From: Octopus vulgaris
Lineage: Eukaryota
Reading direction: 5' to 3'
DNA: 64,000 bases
Assembly: GCA_951406725.2 (NCBI GenBank)
Contig: OX597818.1
Coordinates: 104,966,001-105,030,000 of the forward strand
Positions 53,643 through 64,000 of this stretch are shown here, piece by piece; positions within the stretch are counted from its first letter, which is position 1, and every line of letters begins with the position of its first letter. The translations under genes were made by a program, and so were the position numbers. The notes below the pieces were generated by a model that did no database searches, had not been told where the DNA came from, and worked only from the letters and a program-made list of their open reading frames with translations.

Positions 53643-54062
53643 TTGATAGCATGTCAACTTAGGAGAAATTTTGATTCTTGAAATTATCTCCCCTTCTCAA
53701 GTGGAGCTGATCTTAATTGGCATTTGGTAATTATGACATTTGCTCTTGAGGTGGAGATTAGTTTAATAAATTAAGTCTTTATGTTGTATGGAATCTGATA
53801 TGCCTGTATTTGTCTATGTTGTTCGAAGACGTGCCACTAGCAACTTCTAAACTCTTAGCTTATTATTGTTCAAATGAGATATTTGTGTGTGTGTTTGTCC
53901 AACCCATGCTAGCATGGAAAACAGACGTTAAACGATGATGATGATGAAGTCCTGGGGTTGGTTTGTTCAACTAAAGGTAGTGCTCCAGCATAGCTGCAGA
54001 CAAATAACTGAAACAAGTGAAAGAATAAAAGAATTTATATATATAATGTATATATGTGTATG

Positions 54063-54124
<62 letters not shown>

Positions 54125-54961
54125 GTATATAATGTATATATATGTGTGTGTGTTTATATATGTAAATATATATATATAGGGAGAATTTACAAAAAAACAA
54201 AAGACAAAGACAGGTGGTGTAGAAAACAAACAGATGTATTAGTATCACGCTCGGGAATTGAAAAAGTCTTTAACATTTCGAGCCTACACTCTTCCACAGA
54301 AAGAAACAAGGAGAGAAAAAATGTGTGTAGTGGCTAATGATCTATCTATCATGGCAACATATCTATTTATATATATATAATGTGTGTGTATATAAACATC
54401 ATCGTTTAATGTCTGTTTTCCTTGCTGGCATGGGTTGAATTGTTGACATGAGGCTGGGGAGCCGTCCAGACTCCAATTGTCTGTTGTGGAATGGTTTCTA
54501 TGGCTGGACAGCCTTCCTAATGCCAACCACTTTACAAAGTGTGCTTGGTGCATTTTACATGCCACTAGTACAGGTGTGCTTCATACAGGTATATAACTGG
54601 ACATTTTCTAGACTGTTTTTCTCCTGAAGACGGGCTTTTGCACCTGAAATATAAAGATTTTATTAAACTTTCTGCATTGTCAGCAGCTTTTTATTTTCTC
54701 TCTTCTTACCTTCTTTGATATTACAGTGCTTCAAGTGAACTACAACACTTATACATTTATTCTTTTATATGTTTCAGTCATTTGACTGTGAGCATGCTGG
54801 AGCACTGCCTTTTGGTCGAACAAATCGACTCCAGGACTTATTCTTTGCAAACCTAGTACTTGTTCTACTAGTCTATTTTGCCAAACGGCTAAGTTACAGG
54901 GATGTAAACACACCAACATCGGTTGTCAAATAATGTTGGGGGGACAAATACAGACACACAA

Positions 54962-54994
<33 letters not shown>

Positions 54995-55821
54995 TACGTG
55001 ATGAGCTTCTTTCAGTTTCTGTCTACTAAATCCACTCACAAGGTTTTAATCGACCAGAGGATATAGTAGAAGACACTTGCTCAAGTTGCCACGCAGTAGG
55101 ACTGAACCCAGAACCATGTGGTTTGTAAGCAAGCTACTTTCCACACAACCACTCCTGCACCTTTACAAACAGTTATATATATATATATAAATATATATAT
55201 ATCATCATCATCATCATCATCATCGTTTAACGTCCGTTCTCCATGCTAGCATGGGTTGGACGGTTCGACCGGGGAACTGGGAAGCCAGAAGGCTGCACCA
55301 GGCTCCAGTCTTATCTGGCAATGTTTCTACAGCTGGATGCCCTTCCTAACGCCAACCACTCCGTGAGTGTAGTGGGTGCTTTTTACGTGCCACCTGCACA
55401 GGTGCCAGGCGAGGCTGGCAACAGCCACGGTCGGATTGGTGTATTTTACGTGCCACTAGCACGGAAGCCAGTCGAGGCGGCGCTGGCATCGTCCACGAGT
55501 CGGATAGTGCTTTTTATCTATATATGTAAGAATTTGATCTCTGTAACATAATGTGATAAAGTATTCCTTTGGTGCTCTATTGTGGTGAGTCTAGGACATA
55601 TACCCCACAAGGACAATTACTCCTGAGGTCAACAATCTCCTAGGATAATTACCCATAAGCAGTTAACCCCTGATGTGTACTGTATTTTCTGATACATAAG
55701 CCACTATTTTTTATCTGGAAAATTTAGTGTGTGGCTTATAGAATGGTGTGCCTAATGTGTGTATTTTTTTATAAGTTTCTCACTCTCTCTATATATATAC
55801 ATATATATATATATATACATG

Positions 55822-56054
55822 AAACAAAAATTAAAAAAAGAAAAGAATATAACATATAAATAAAAAATAGAAAAATTACATAAAATAAAATAAAATAAAA
55901 TAAAAAAATTAAAATAAAATTAAATTAAAAAATGAAATAAAATAAAAAAATAAAATAATATAAAATAAAATAAAGAATAAAATAAAAAATAAAATAAAAT
56001 AGTATAAAATAAAGAGATAAATAAATAAATACAAAATAAAAAATAATAAAAACA

Positions 56055-56087
<33 letters not shown>

Positions 56088-56253
56088 AAAAATAAATAAA
56101 ATAAAATATAAAATAAAATAAAATAAAATAAAATAAAAAATAAAATAAAGAAAATAATAAAATTTTTAAAAAATAAAATGAAATAAAATAAAAAAGTAAT
56201 ATAAAAATTTAAAAAATAAAATAAAGTAAAAAATAAAAAAAAGAAAAGAAAAA
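55822..56253. repeat. A-rich low-complexity (AAAAT)n-like tract
   Basis: Nearly all A/T with strong A bias on the + strand; abuts the satellite. Confidence 0.92.
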
Positions 56254-58553
56254 TTGGCGGAGATAGAGTGAGATAGGCGGAGATAGGCGGAGATTGGCGG
56301 AATAGCATTTTGGGAGATTTCCCAACAATGCTGGGTGTTAAAACACCAGGGAGAGAGTAAGAAAGGCGGAGAAAGAGTGAGATTGGCGGAGATTGGCACA
56401 GATAGAATGAGATTGGCGGAGATTGACAGAGATATGCAGAGATTGGCAGAAATTTGCGGAGATAGGTGGAGATAGGTGGAGATTGGCGGAGATTAGTGGA
56501 GATAGGCGGAGATTGCCGGAGATAGCCGTAGATAGGCGGAATAGCATTTTGGGAGATTTCCCAATAATGCTGGGAGTTAAAACACCTGGGAGAGAGTGAG
56601 ATAGAGGGAGATAGGTGTAGATAGAGTGAGATAGGCAGAAATAGGTGGAGATAGAGTGACGTAGACAGAGATAGAGTGACATAGGCGGAGATAGCGTGAG
56701 ATAGGTGGAGATAGAGTGAGATAGGTGGAGATAGAGTGAGATAGGCGGAGATTGGCGGAGATAGCCGGAGATTGGCAGAATAACATTTTTGGAGATAGGC
56801 GTGATAGAGTGAGATAGGCAGAGATTGACTGAGATAGAGTTAGATAGGCGGAGATAGAATGAGATAAGCACAGATACAGTGAGACTGGCGGAGTTTGCTG
56901 GAGTTTGACGGAGATTGCCGGAGATTGCGGGACATTGCTGGGGTTTGCCAGAGATTGTCGAAGTTTGCCGCAGATTGCCGAAGTTTGCCGCAGATTGCCG
57001 GAGATTGCTGGAGTTTGCCAAAGATTGCCGAAAATAGCCGAATATTGCCAGAGATAGCCGGAGATATCAGATTACCGCAGGTAGCCGGAGATAGCCGGAG
57101 ATTGCCGGAGATTGTCAGAGATAACCGGAGAATGCCGGAGATAGACGGAGATTGCTGTATATTGCTGGAGATCGCCGAACATTGGCGGAATAGCATTTTG
57201 AGAGATTTCCCAATAATGCTGGATGTTAAAACACCTGGGAGAGAGTGAGATAGAGTGAGGTAGGTGAAGATAGAGTGAGATAGGCGGAGATTGCCGGAGA
57301 TTGCCGGAGATTGGTGGAGATAGACTGAGACAGGCGGAATAGCATTTTGGAAGATTTTCCAATAATGCTGGGTGTTAAAACACCGGGGAGAGAGTAAGAA
57401 AGGCGGAGATAGTGTGAGATTGGCGGAGATTGGCACAGATAGAATGAGATTGGCGGAGATTAGCAGATATTGGCGGAGATTAGCAGATATTGGCGGAGCT
57501 AGGCGAAGATTGATGGAGATAGGCGGAATAGAATTTTGGGAGATTTCCCAATAATGCTGGGTGTTAACACACCTGGGAGAGAGTGAAATAGAGTTGATAG
57601 AGTGAGCTAGTCAGAGATAGATATAGGCGGAGATAGAGTGAGATTGGCGGAGATAGGCGGAGATTGCCTTAAATAGGCGGAGATATTCGGAGATTGGCGT
57701 AGATAAGCGGACATAGGCGGGTATAGGCGGAATAGCATTTTGGGAGGTTTCACAATAATGCTGGGTGTTAAAACACCTAGGAGAGAGTGAGATAGGCGGA
57801 GATAGAGTGAAATTGGCGGACTTTGCCGGAGTGTGTCGGAGTTTGCCGGAGATTGGCGAAGTTTGCCAGAGATTGACGGAGTTTGCCGTAGATTGCTGGA
57901 GATTGCAGGAGTTTGCCGGAGAATACCAGAGTTTGCCTTAGATTGCTGGAGATTGCCAGAGATCTTGGAGATTGCCGGAGATTATCGGAGATTGCTGGAG
58001 ACAGTCGGAGATAGCCAGAGATAGCCGCATATACCCGGAGATTGCCGTTGATTGGCGGAATAGCATTTTGGGAGATTTCCCAATAATGCTGGGTGTTACA
58101 ACACCTGGGAGAGAGTGAGATAGGCATAGATAGAGTGAGATAGGTGGAGATAGAGTAAGATAGGCGGAGATAGCGTGAGATAGGTGGTGATAGAGTGAGG
58201 TAGGCGGAGATAGGAAGAGATAGAGTGAGATTGGCGGAGTTTTCCGGAGAGTGCCGGAGTTTGCTGGAGATTGCCGGAGTTAGCCGGAGATTGGAGGAAA
58301 AGCATTTTGGGAGATTTCCCAATAATGCTGGGTGTTAAAACACATGGGAGAGAGTGAGATAGAGTGAGACAGTGACAAAGGCGGAGATAGAGCGTGATAG
58401 GTGGAGATAGAGTGAGACAGGCGGAGAAAGAGTGAGATTGGCGGAGTTTGCCGAAGATTGCCGGAGATTGGTGGAGTTTGCCGGAGATAGCCGGAGATTG
58501 CCGGAGATTACCAAGATAGCCAGTGAGAGCTGGATATAACCGGAGATAGCCGT
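56254..58553. repeat. Higher-order satellite: about 59-bp double-hairpin core interspersed with variable runs of 10-bp monomers
   Basis: Core GGCGGAATAGCATTTTGGGAGATTTCCCAATAATGCTGGGTGTTAAAACACCTGGGAGA at 56296, 56535, 56774 (partial), 57184, 57333, 57522, 57726, 58054 and 58293. Monomers GATAGAGTGA, GAT(A/T)GG(C/T)GGA and G(A/T)T(A/T)GCCGGA. Confidence 0.95.
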
Positions 58554-58629
58554 AATATTTTCTAATAGGTACTTATTTAGAAAGGTTATTTATATAAGGT
58601 CTTTATAAATACTAAGATAAGGATTATTA

Positions 58630-58846
58630 ATAATCTTCTTGATTACTCTAAAGAATTTTTTAACCTTATACAGTATGATAACATTGTTTGAAATGATCTT
58701 TTTAAAAATTACTTGATTTTTCTTTTTCTCAAATAGCTACTATTTGAGAAAAAGAAAAATCAAGTAATTTTTAAAAAGATCATTTCAAACAATGTTATCA
58801 TACCGTATAAGGTTAAAAAATTCTTTAGAGTAATCAAGAAGATTAT
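58630..58846. repeat. AT-rich palindrome with 107-bp arms and 3-nt loop
   Basis: Arms 58630-58736 and 58740-58846; one mismatch seen. Confidence 0.93.
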
Positions 58847-59957
58847 AAAGAATGAGAATTTTAACAAACAGGATACCACTTTTTTGAATATTTTAAGTAT
58901 ATACCAAATTCTTTTAACCACAATAGAGAGAAGTAAAAGAAAATTGCAAAGAAATAAATTAATATTTATATACTTATTACTTATCTAAAGTATTCACTTA
59001 TGTGGAGATTTATCAAATGGATTTAACTAATATTTAATAAGGGCAACTGAGGTCAAAGAACATGACAACTATATACTGATTTAATTAAAGTTGAAACTAA
59101 TTTTAAGTTGTGGAGATACCAATATTAACTTATATAAGCTGAGTATGAATTAATAGGGGTACAAGGATTAGATTTATTTAAGGCTGCCATAAAAATAACA
59201 ATAACAACAATAATAAAATGATCAGTTAGGGTACAGTACCTTGGAAAAGGAATAAATAGACTAATCACTAAAAACCATAATAAAAAGAAAATATTCATAC
59301 CTTATTAACTCTAATAGTAAGTTTATATAGAAAAGGTATAATAATTTATGAGCTAGAAATTAGCTTATTAAGTTTACTATAATCGGGGCTGACACTCGGT
59401 ATTAGTTGAAAAGATAATTTTTGTTAAAAGGACAAGTTAACCATATACTAATATTAAATTAAGAGGTATAATATAGATTACATAAGTTATTTGTGTTAAT
59501 CTGTAAATAAATAATATTACAGTTTCTTAGGAGTACTTAATTGGGGGGGGGGGCTATTTAAAACCAATATAAATATCAAAATTAAGGGGATGGAGCATTA
59601 TAAGAAAGGAATAAAAAACTTAATTACTAAAACTATTTTGAACAATATATCAAATTTTTGGATAAGGTTAAAATATAAGGCTATCATGGAGATTTACCAT
59701 TTGGGTGAGAGAACAAATATATTACAGTTTAGTTAAATCTTAATTTAGGCAGTTTAATTTTGGCATTTTAATTTTAAGATTTTGAAGATACCTATATTGT
59801 TTTTTATAAGCTAAGTATGGCTTTATAGGGGTACAACAATTTAGGTTTATATAAAGGCAATTATAGAGTATTGAAATGATTAGGTAGCATAGAAACATCA
59901 TAGAAAAGGATGTGAAAATAGCTTAATCACTAAAATCATGATGAAATGTGTACACAA

Positions 59958-60323
59958 CTTAGTAACTTTGATAGAGAAGATTTATGGAACAAATGCAATA
60001 ATTTTAGAAATTAAAAATTCTTTATTTACTCAATTAGCTTGTGTCATTTTCACTAGTACCTAGTATTGACTAAAAATTAATGTTGCAGGGTATGCTATTT
60101 ATGCATTGATTAGTACCTTCAAATATTTTAGAAAGTTATTAAATCTTATAATATACTTCTTAGTTTTATAATCAATGCATAAATAGAATACTCCGCAACA
60201 TTAATTTTTAGTCAATACTAGTTACTAGTGAAAATGACACAAGTAAATAAAGAATTTTTCAATTTCTAGAATTATTGCATTTGTTCCATAAATCTTCTCT
60301 ATTGAAGTTACAAAGTTACTAAG
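59958..60323. repeat. Imperfect AT-rich inverted repeat with about 150-bp arms and about 57-nt spacer
   Basis: For example, CTTGTGTCATTTTCACTAGTA pairs with TACTAGTGAAAATGACACAAG. Confidence 0.85.
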
Positions 60324-60451
60324 CATAAAGAAGCTCACTTCGCAAACAACAGGTTTCGAGTTCACACCCTCTGCTTGGCATATTGAGCTAGTGTCTCTAA
60401 CTATAGCCCCGTACTAAATGATACCTTATGAATGAATTCAGTGAACAGAAA

Positions 60452-60496
<45 letters not shown>

Positions 60497-60510
60497 TACA
60501 TACATACATA

Positions 60511-60888
60511 CACTTGCGTCAGAAATTAATTAGCACTTCTCAAATTTCTACATTAAATAGGTTAAATCAATTAACCTATGAGCTGTTCAAAACGTCTTAC
60601 GCGATGAGAAAACTTAGTATGGTGTGATTTCGGTCCTTGCGAGGCGCTACCTATATCTATTAAACAAAGGAATTTGTCTGCATCCGCACTCCAAGTTGTT
60701 GTTGCACTGCTATGTCAACATCATAAGGCTGTAGACTCTCAAACTGCTCTGCAAACAAAGTTACGTCATCGTTCTGCGCAACAGTGAACTCGCAACAAAG
60801 CAATAGTTCGAGATATGGCCACTAGGTGACAGCACATACCTTGAGTGAAGAGCAAATCAAGGGTGCTAATTAATTTCTGACGGTAGTG
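60511..60888. mobile_element. Tc1/mariner-type MITE inside (TACA)n
   Basis: TIRs CACTTGCGTCAGAAATTAATTAGCAC / GTGCTAATTAATTTCTGACGGTAGTG with TA on both flanks. Confidence 0.85.
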
Positions 60889-63099
60889 TACATACATACA
60901 TACAATGTGTCTTTTAATGGTTTCGTTTTCGTCTAACATGTCTAACTAAAGCAGGCAATTATAACATCAACAAGTAGTAGCAGTTACTGTTGTTGTTCCG
61001 CCGAGGTCGACTTTGCTTTTCATCCTTTCGGTGGTGGGGGTCGATAAATTAAGTACCAGTTGTGTCTTGGGGTCGATCTAATCGACTGGGCACCCTCCCC
61101 AAAAATTTCGGGCCCTGTGCCTAGAGTAGAAAAGTCGCTGTTGTTGCTATTGTTGTTGTTTTTGTTGTTGTTTTACTCGCGCTGGTATTACTGACAGTGA
61201 TGTTGGTGTGGTGAGGCTAGAACCAATCACACGGCTCGGCGTGGTGTATTGTGGCAGCTGTGCTTATCTGTGTGTGTGGGGGGGGTGAGAATACAGTAAT
61301 GTTTAAGTGAACTTACAAATGCGTTTATTCTATTTTATTTACTAATATACTCTACGTTTATGTATTTGCTTTGCAAGATTCCTAAAGTTATCTCCCTTAT
61401 ACTTACTAAGGTAATCAAGACCTGCCTCCCTTTATTTCACCAGTTAAGAAGCTTTAATAGGAAGGAATTCAGCAAGACTAAAATTGCATTTACACGGGCA
61501 GATACCTAATCAACCATAACTGATTGGTATCGAATGGTTGGCGAACCGGAGTAAATTATCCTAAGTGGAGTAAAAATGAAATTTTTTGGCGTAATGAGGA
61601 GTCGTTAGACATAATTAAAATTATAAAAGAAATGTGTTCCTTGTTACGACAGAAATGTTTCTTCTGGCATGAGGAAGATGGAAATTTCTTGTTTCATTTT
61701 TTTACATTCTGAGTTCAAATCCCGCCGAATTCAACTTCGCCTTCTATTCTTTCTGGGGTAATAAAACAAAGAACCTGTCAAGTACTGAGTTCAATGGTAC
61801 CGACGAATCCTCGCCGCTCAAAATTGCTGGCTTTGTGTCTGGAAACAGTTATCGAAAACTCTTGTTGTTTAGCGCTAGATGTGTTCGGATGAAGCTGATA
61901 TAGGATCAATTATATTCCAATCGTGACCAGTTTATCTAATTTATTCAGGACTACATTATTAAAAGAGTCCTCTTACGTTTCTTTTTTTTTTTTTTTTTTT
62001 TTTTGTGAGAAGCGGGGGTGGCTCAAAGTTATAGAAGTTGGCCTGAACTCGGAAGCATGTGGTTGAGAAGCAAACTTCTTACTACACATGCACGCCTACA
62101 CGTTGTTTTCAGATCCTCCCATTGTCAACTTTGCCTTTCATCCTTTCGGGGTTGGAGTTGATAAAATGACGTAGAAGTCAAGAACATAACTAACTCTTTC
62201 CCTTAAAACTGCTGACCATGTGCCAAAATTTGAAATAGTATTAGGGAATGGGGTACAATGAGCATTATTTATTGCATTTTTTACTTTGAGAAAATGTTCA
62301 CTATCTTACAAAAACTATATCAGCTAAGCAAATGACCTTCATTAAATGCATTAAAAAAACTCTAACATATTCAGAGCACTCTTTCAGGAAATTATTTCTG
62401 TTCTCTTTAAACATACAAAAAGCAAATTTAGGTGCGCAAAATGAGTAAGACAAAACAGGGTAAATTTGCCTCTTCAATTTTCCCAATTACATTTTTAAAA
62501 GGACCCATCCTTAGACTTCAGAAAGATCAGAAATACAACAAAAATAAAAATACCTAGGTCAAAAGAAAGAGGATCGTGGAAAATGACATATGATATGAAA
62601 TTCAGTTCTTTATTTGCCACTAAGGACTTTACACAGAGGGACAATACAAGACAGACAGTGTGGGGGGGGGTCATACATGTAGTCGATAACAAGATGAAAT
62701 AAACAACGTGATAGCGTGTAAACAGTGATAACATGTGTAAAAACAAAAAAAAAATTTGAATAAAACATTAGTAACAAAGAGGTACCCAAAAAGGGAAGCA
62801 TACTGGGTTGGACGTGGAGACCCCTCAATCCTCGAACCAAAGTAGTCGCTAAGGTAAAACCTAGGAATTCAGGCTCAAGTTAGACATGCTGCCTAACTTG
62901 AGCAAGAACATGAGAGAAAAAAAGAGTTATCTACATTATGGGCTGTGGGGGATGAAGGATTTTCCTCACTAATTTGGGTGGCTTGTGGGGTTTCCACGAT
63001 TAAATTTTTGTAAAGATTTTTGATAGTGGTTCTCTGTAGATTTCCTATGGCATTGGGGAAGTTTTCCTTTAGGTGGGTGTATATTTATTTCACTGGATG

Positions 63100-64000
63100 T
63101 ATATTTATTTTAACTGTTTATACTATTTGTATGCGCTTGGAAACATGCGGTAACGGGCTAATAAGATTGTGTGGTGCAATACCTGTGTTGTCTTGTATGT
63201 GTTTCATGAGGGATGCGTTTTTTACGTTGATGTCTGTGAAGTTTGTGACTGCGTTTGGTGTGCAGTGCTGGCAGTGGTGCAGGTGTTGTAGGTAATGTGG
63301 GTGTGTGTGACGGTGGTTATGTGTCTGTGTTGTGGTGGGGTGAAATCGTTTCTTCTTTTTTGGGGTACCTTCTTCCAATCATCGATGTCAGCTTCCTTGG
63401 GGCCATCAGGGTCCAACTGAGTATGTGGTAAATCCTTTGGGTTGGATGATTGGATTTCTTTCATAGGAGTTTAGGTCGTTGGTTCGATGGCTAGTTTTGT
63501 GCAATGCGATACTTTCTCTGTGTGTGTGGTGCACGTGTCTCTATTAGTGTTAACGGGTCTGTAGCGGTCTTCGCTGCCGTAGAAGTCGATAAGTGGTCAG
63601 TGAGTTGTTCAGACTTGGCTGTTTCGGTTGGGGTGGAGAGACTTGTGACGTGTCCTGTGTTGGATTCTGTTGGAATGCCGCCTTTGCTGGGGGTGGCTTT
63701 TATCTCTTACTCCTAATGAACAGAAGGCTTTAAAATGGTCTTTCTGTCCACATAGGTAGCACTTGGGTCTACGCCCCTCCACTATCACGCGCAGCTTTGC
63801 TCCGTCTAGCAGGTTTATCAGGTCCGGAATAAACTCGAAATCCCCTAGTTTGCTTGAATTAACATTTCAAACTCCTGCTCCCAGCGGTTCTGTAAGTGCA
63901 GTCTGTTTATGTTTTCCTCTATATCAAGCAGAACCGCTGCCGCCAGCCATAGGACGTCAATCTCTGGGGGCACCTCCCCAATTTTACTTTCGATATTCTT
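63100..64000 (-). mobile_element. Decayed L1/Tx1-like ORF1 (gag-like) fragment, running off the window edge
   Basis: Reads KIGEVPPEIDVLWL...IPDLINLLDGAKLRVIVEGRRPKCYLCGQKDHFKAFC, with a CX2CX4HX4C knuckle at 63761-63720 followed by a low-complexity T/S/P region with stops. Confidence 0.7.

Noticed and set aside
56338-58322. Long ORFs of up to 227 aa (SPPISAYLTL / NLRQSPA repeats)
   Set aside because: They are a by-product of the 10-bp periodicity and appear in several frames on both strands.
56254-58553. CRISPR array interpretation of the core/spacer satellite
   Set aside because: Spacers are 90-350 bp of internally repetitive 10-mers rather than unique ~30-bp sequences, there are no cas genes, and the context is eukaryotic.

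Overview
Eukaryotic, AT-rich, microsatellite-saturated DNA. The SINE, Penelope and Dong repeat landscape points to an octopus (coleoid cephalopod) genome; this is inferred from repeat content. The only host-gene-derived sequence I can identify is an intron-containing, minus-strand copy of the mitochondrial degradosome helicase SUV3 (SUPV3L1) at 50025->31445. Six exons survive with mostly canonical splice sites. The copy has four in-frame stops and one GT->AT donor, and I could not find the exons encoding most of the helicase core, so it is most likely an unprocessed pseudogene. The rest of the window is: several tRNA-derived SINE families; Penelope/Neptune GIY-YIG fragments with hammerhead-like pLTRs; R4/Dong-type RLE LINE fragments inside microsatellites; RTE, L1/Tx1, mariner, Tigger and piggyBac-type remnants; a nested stack of Merlin-like MITEs with 8-9 bp TSDs beside SUV3 exon 1; many fold-back palindromes; and an unusual 2.3 kb higher-order satellite in which a conserved double-hairpin core alternates with variable runs of 10-mers. 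Nearly all ORFs in the supplied track are microsatellite or SINE artefacts. Family assignments and comparisons to human SUV3 come from recalled sequence knowledge, not database searches.
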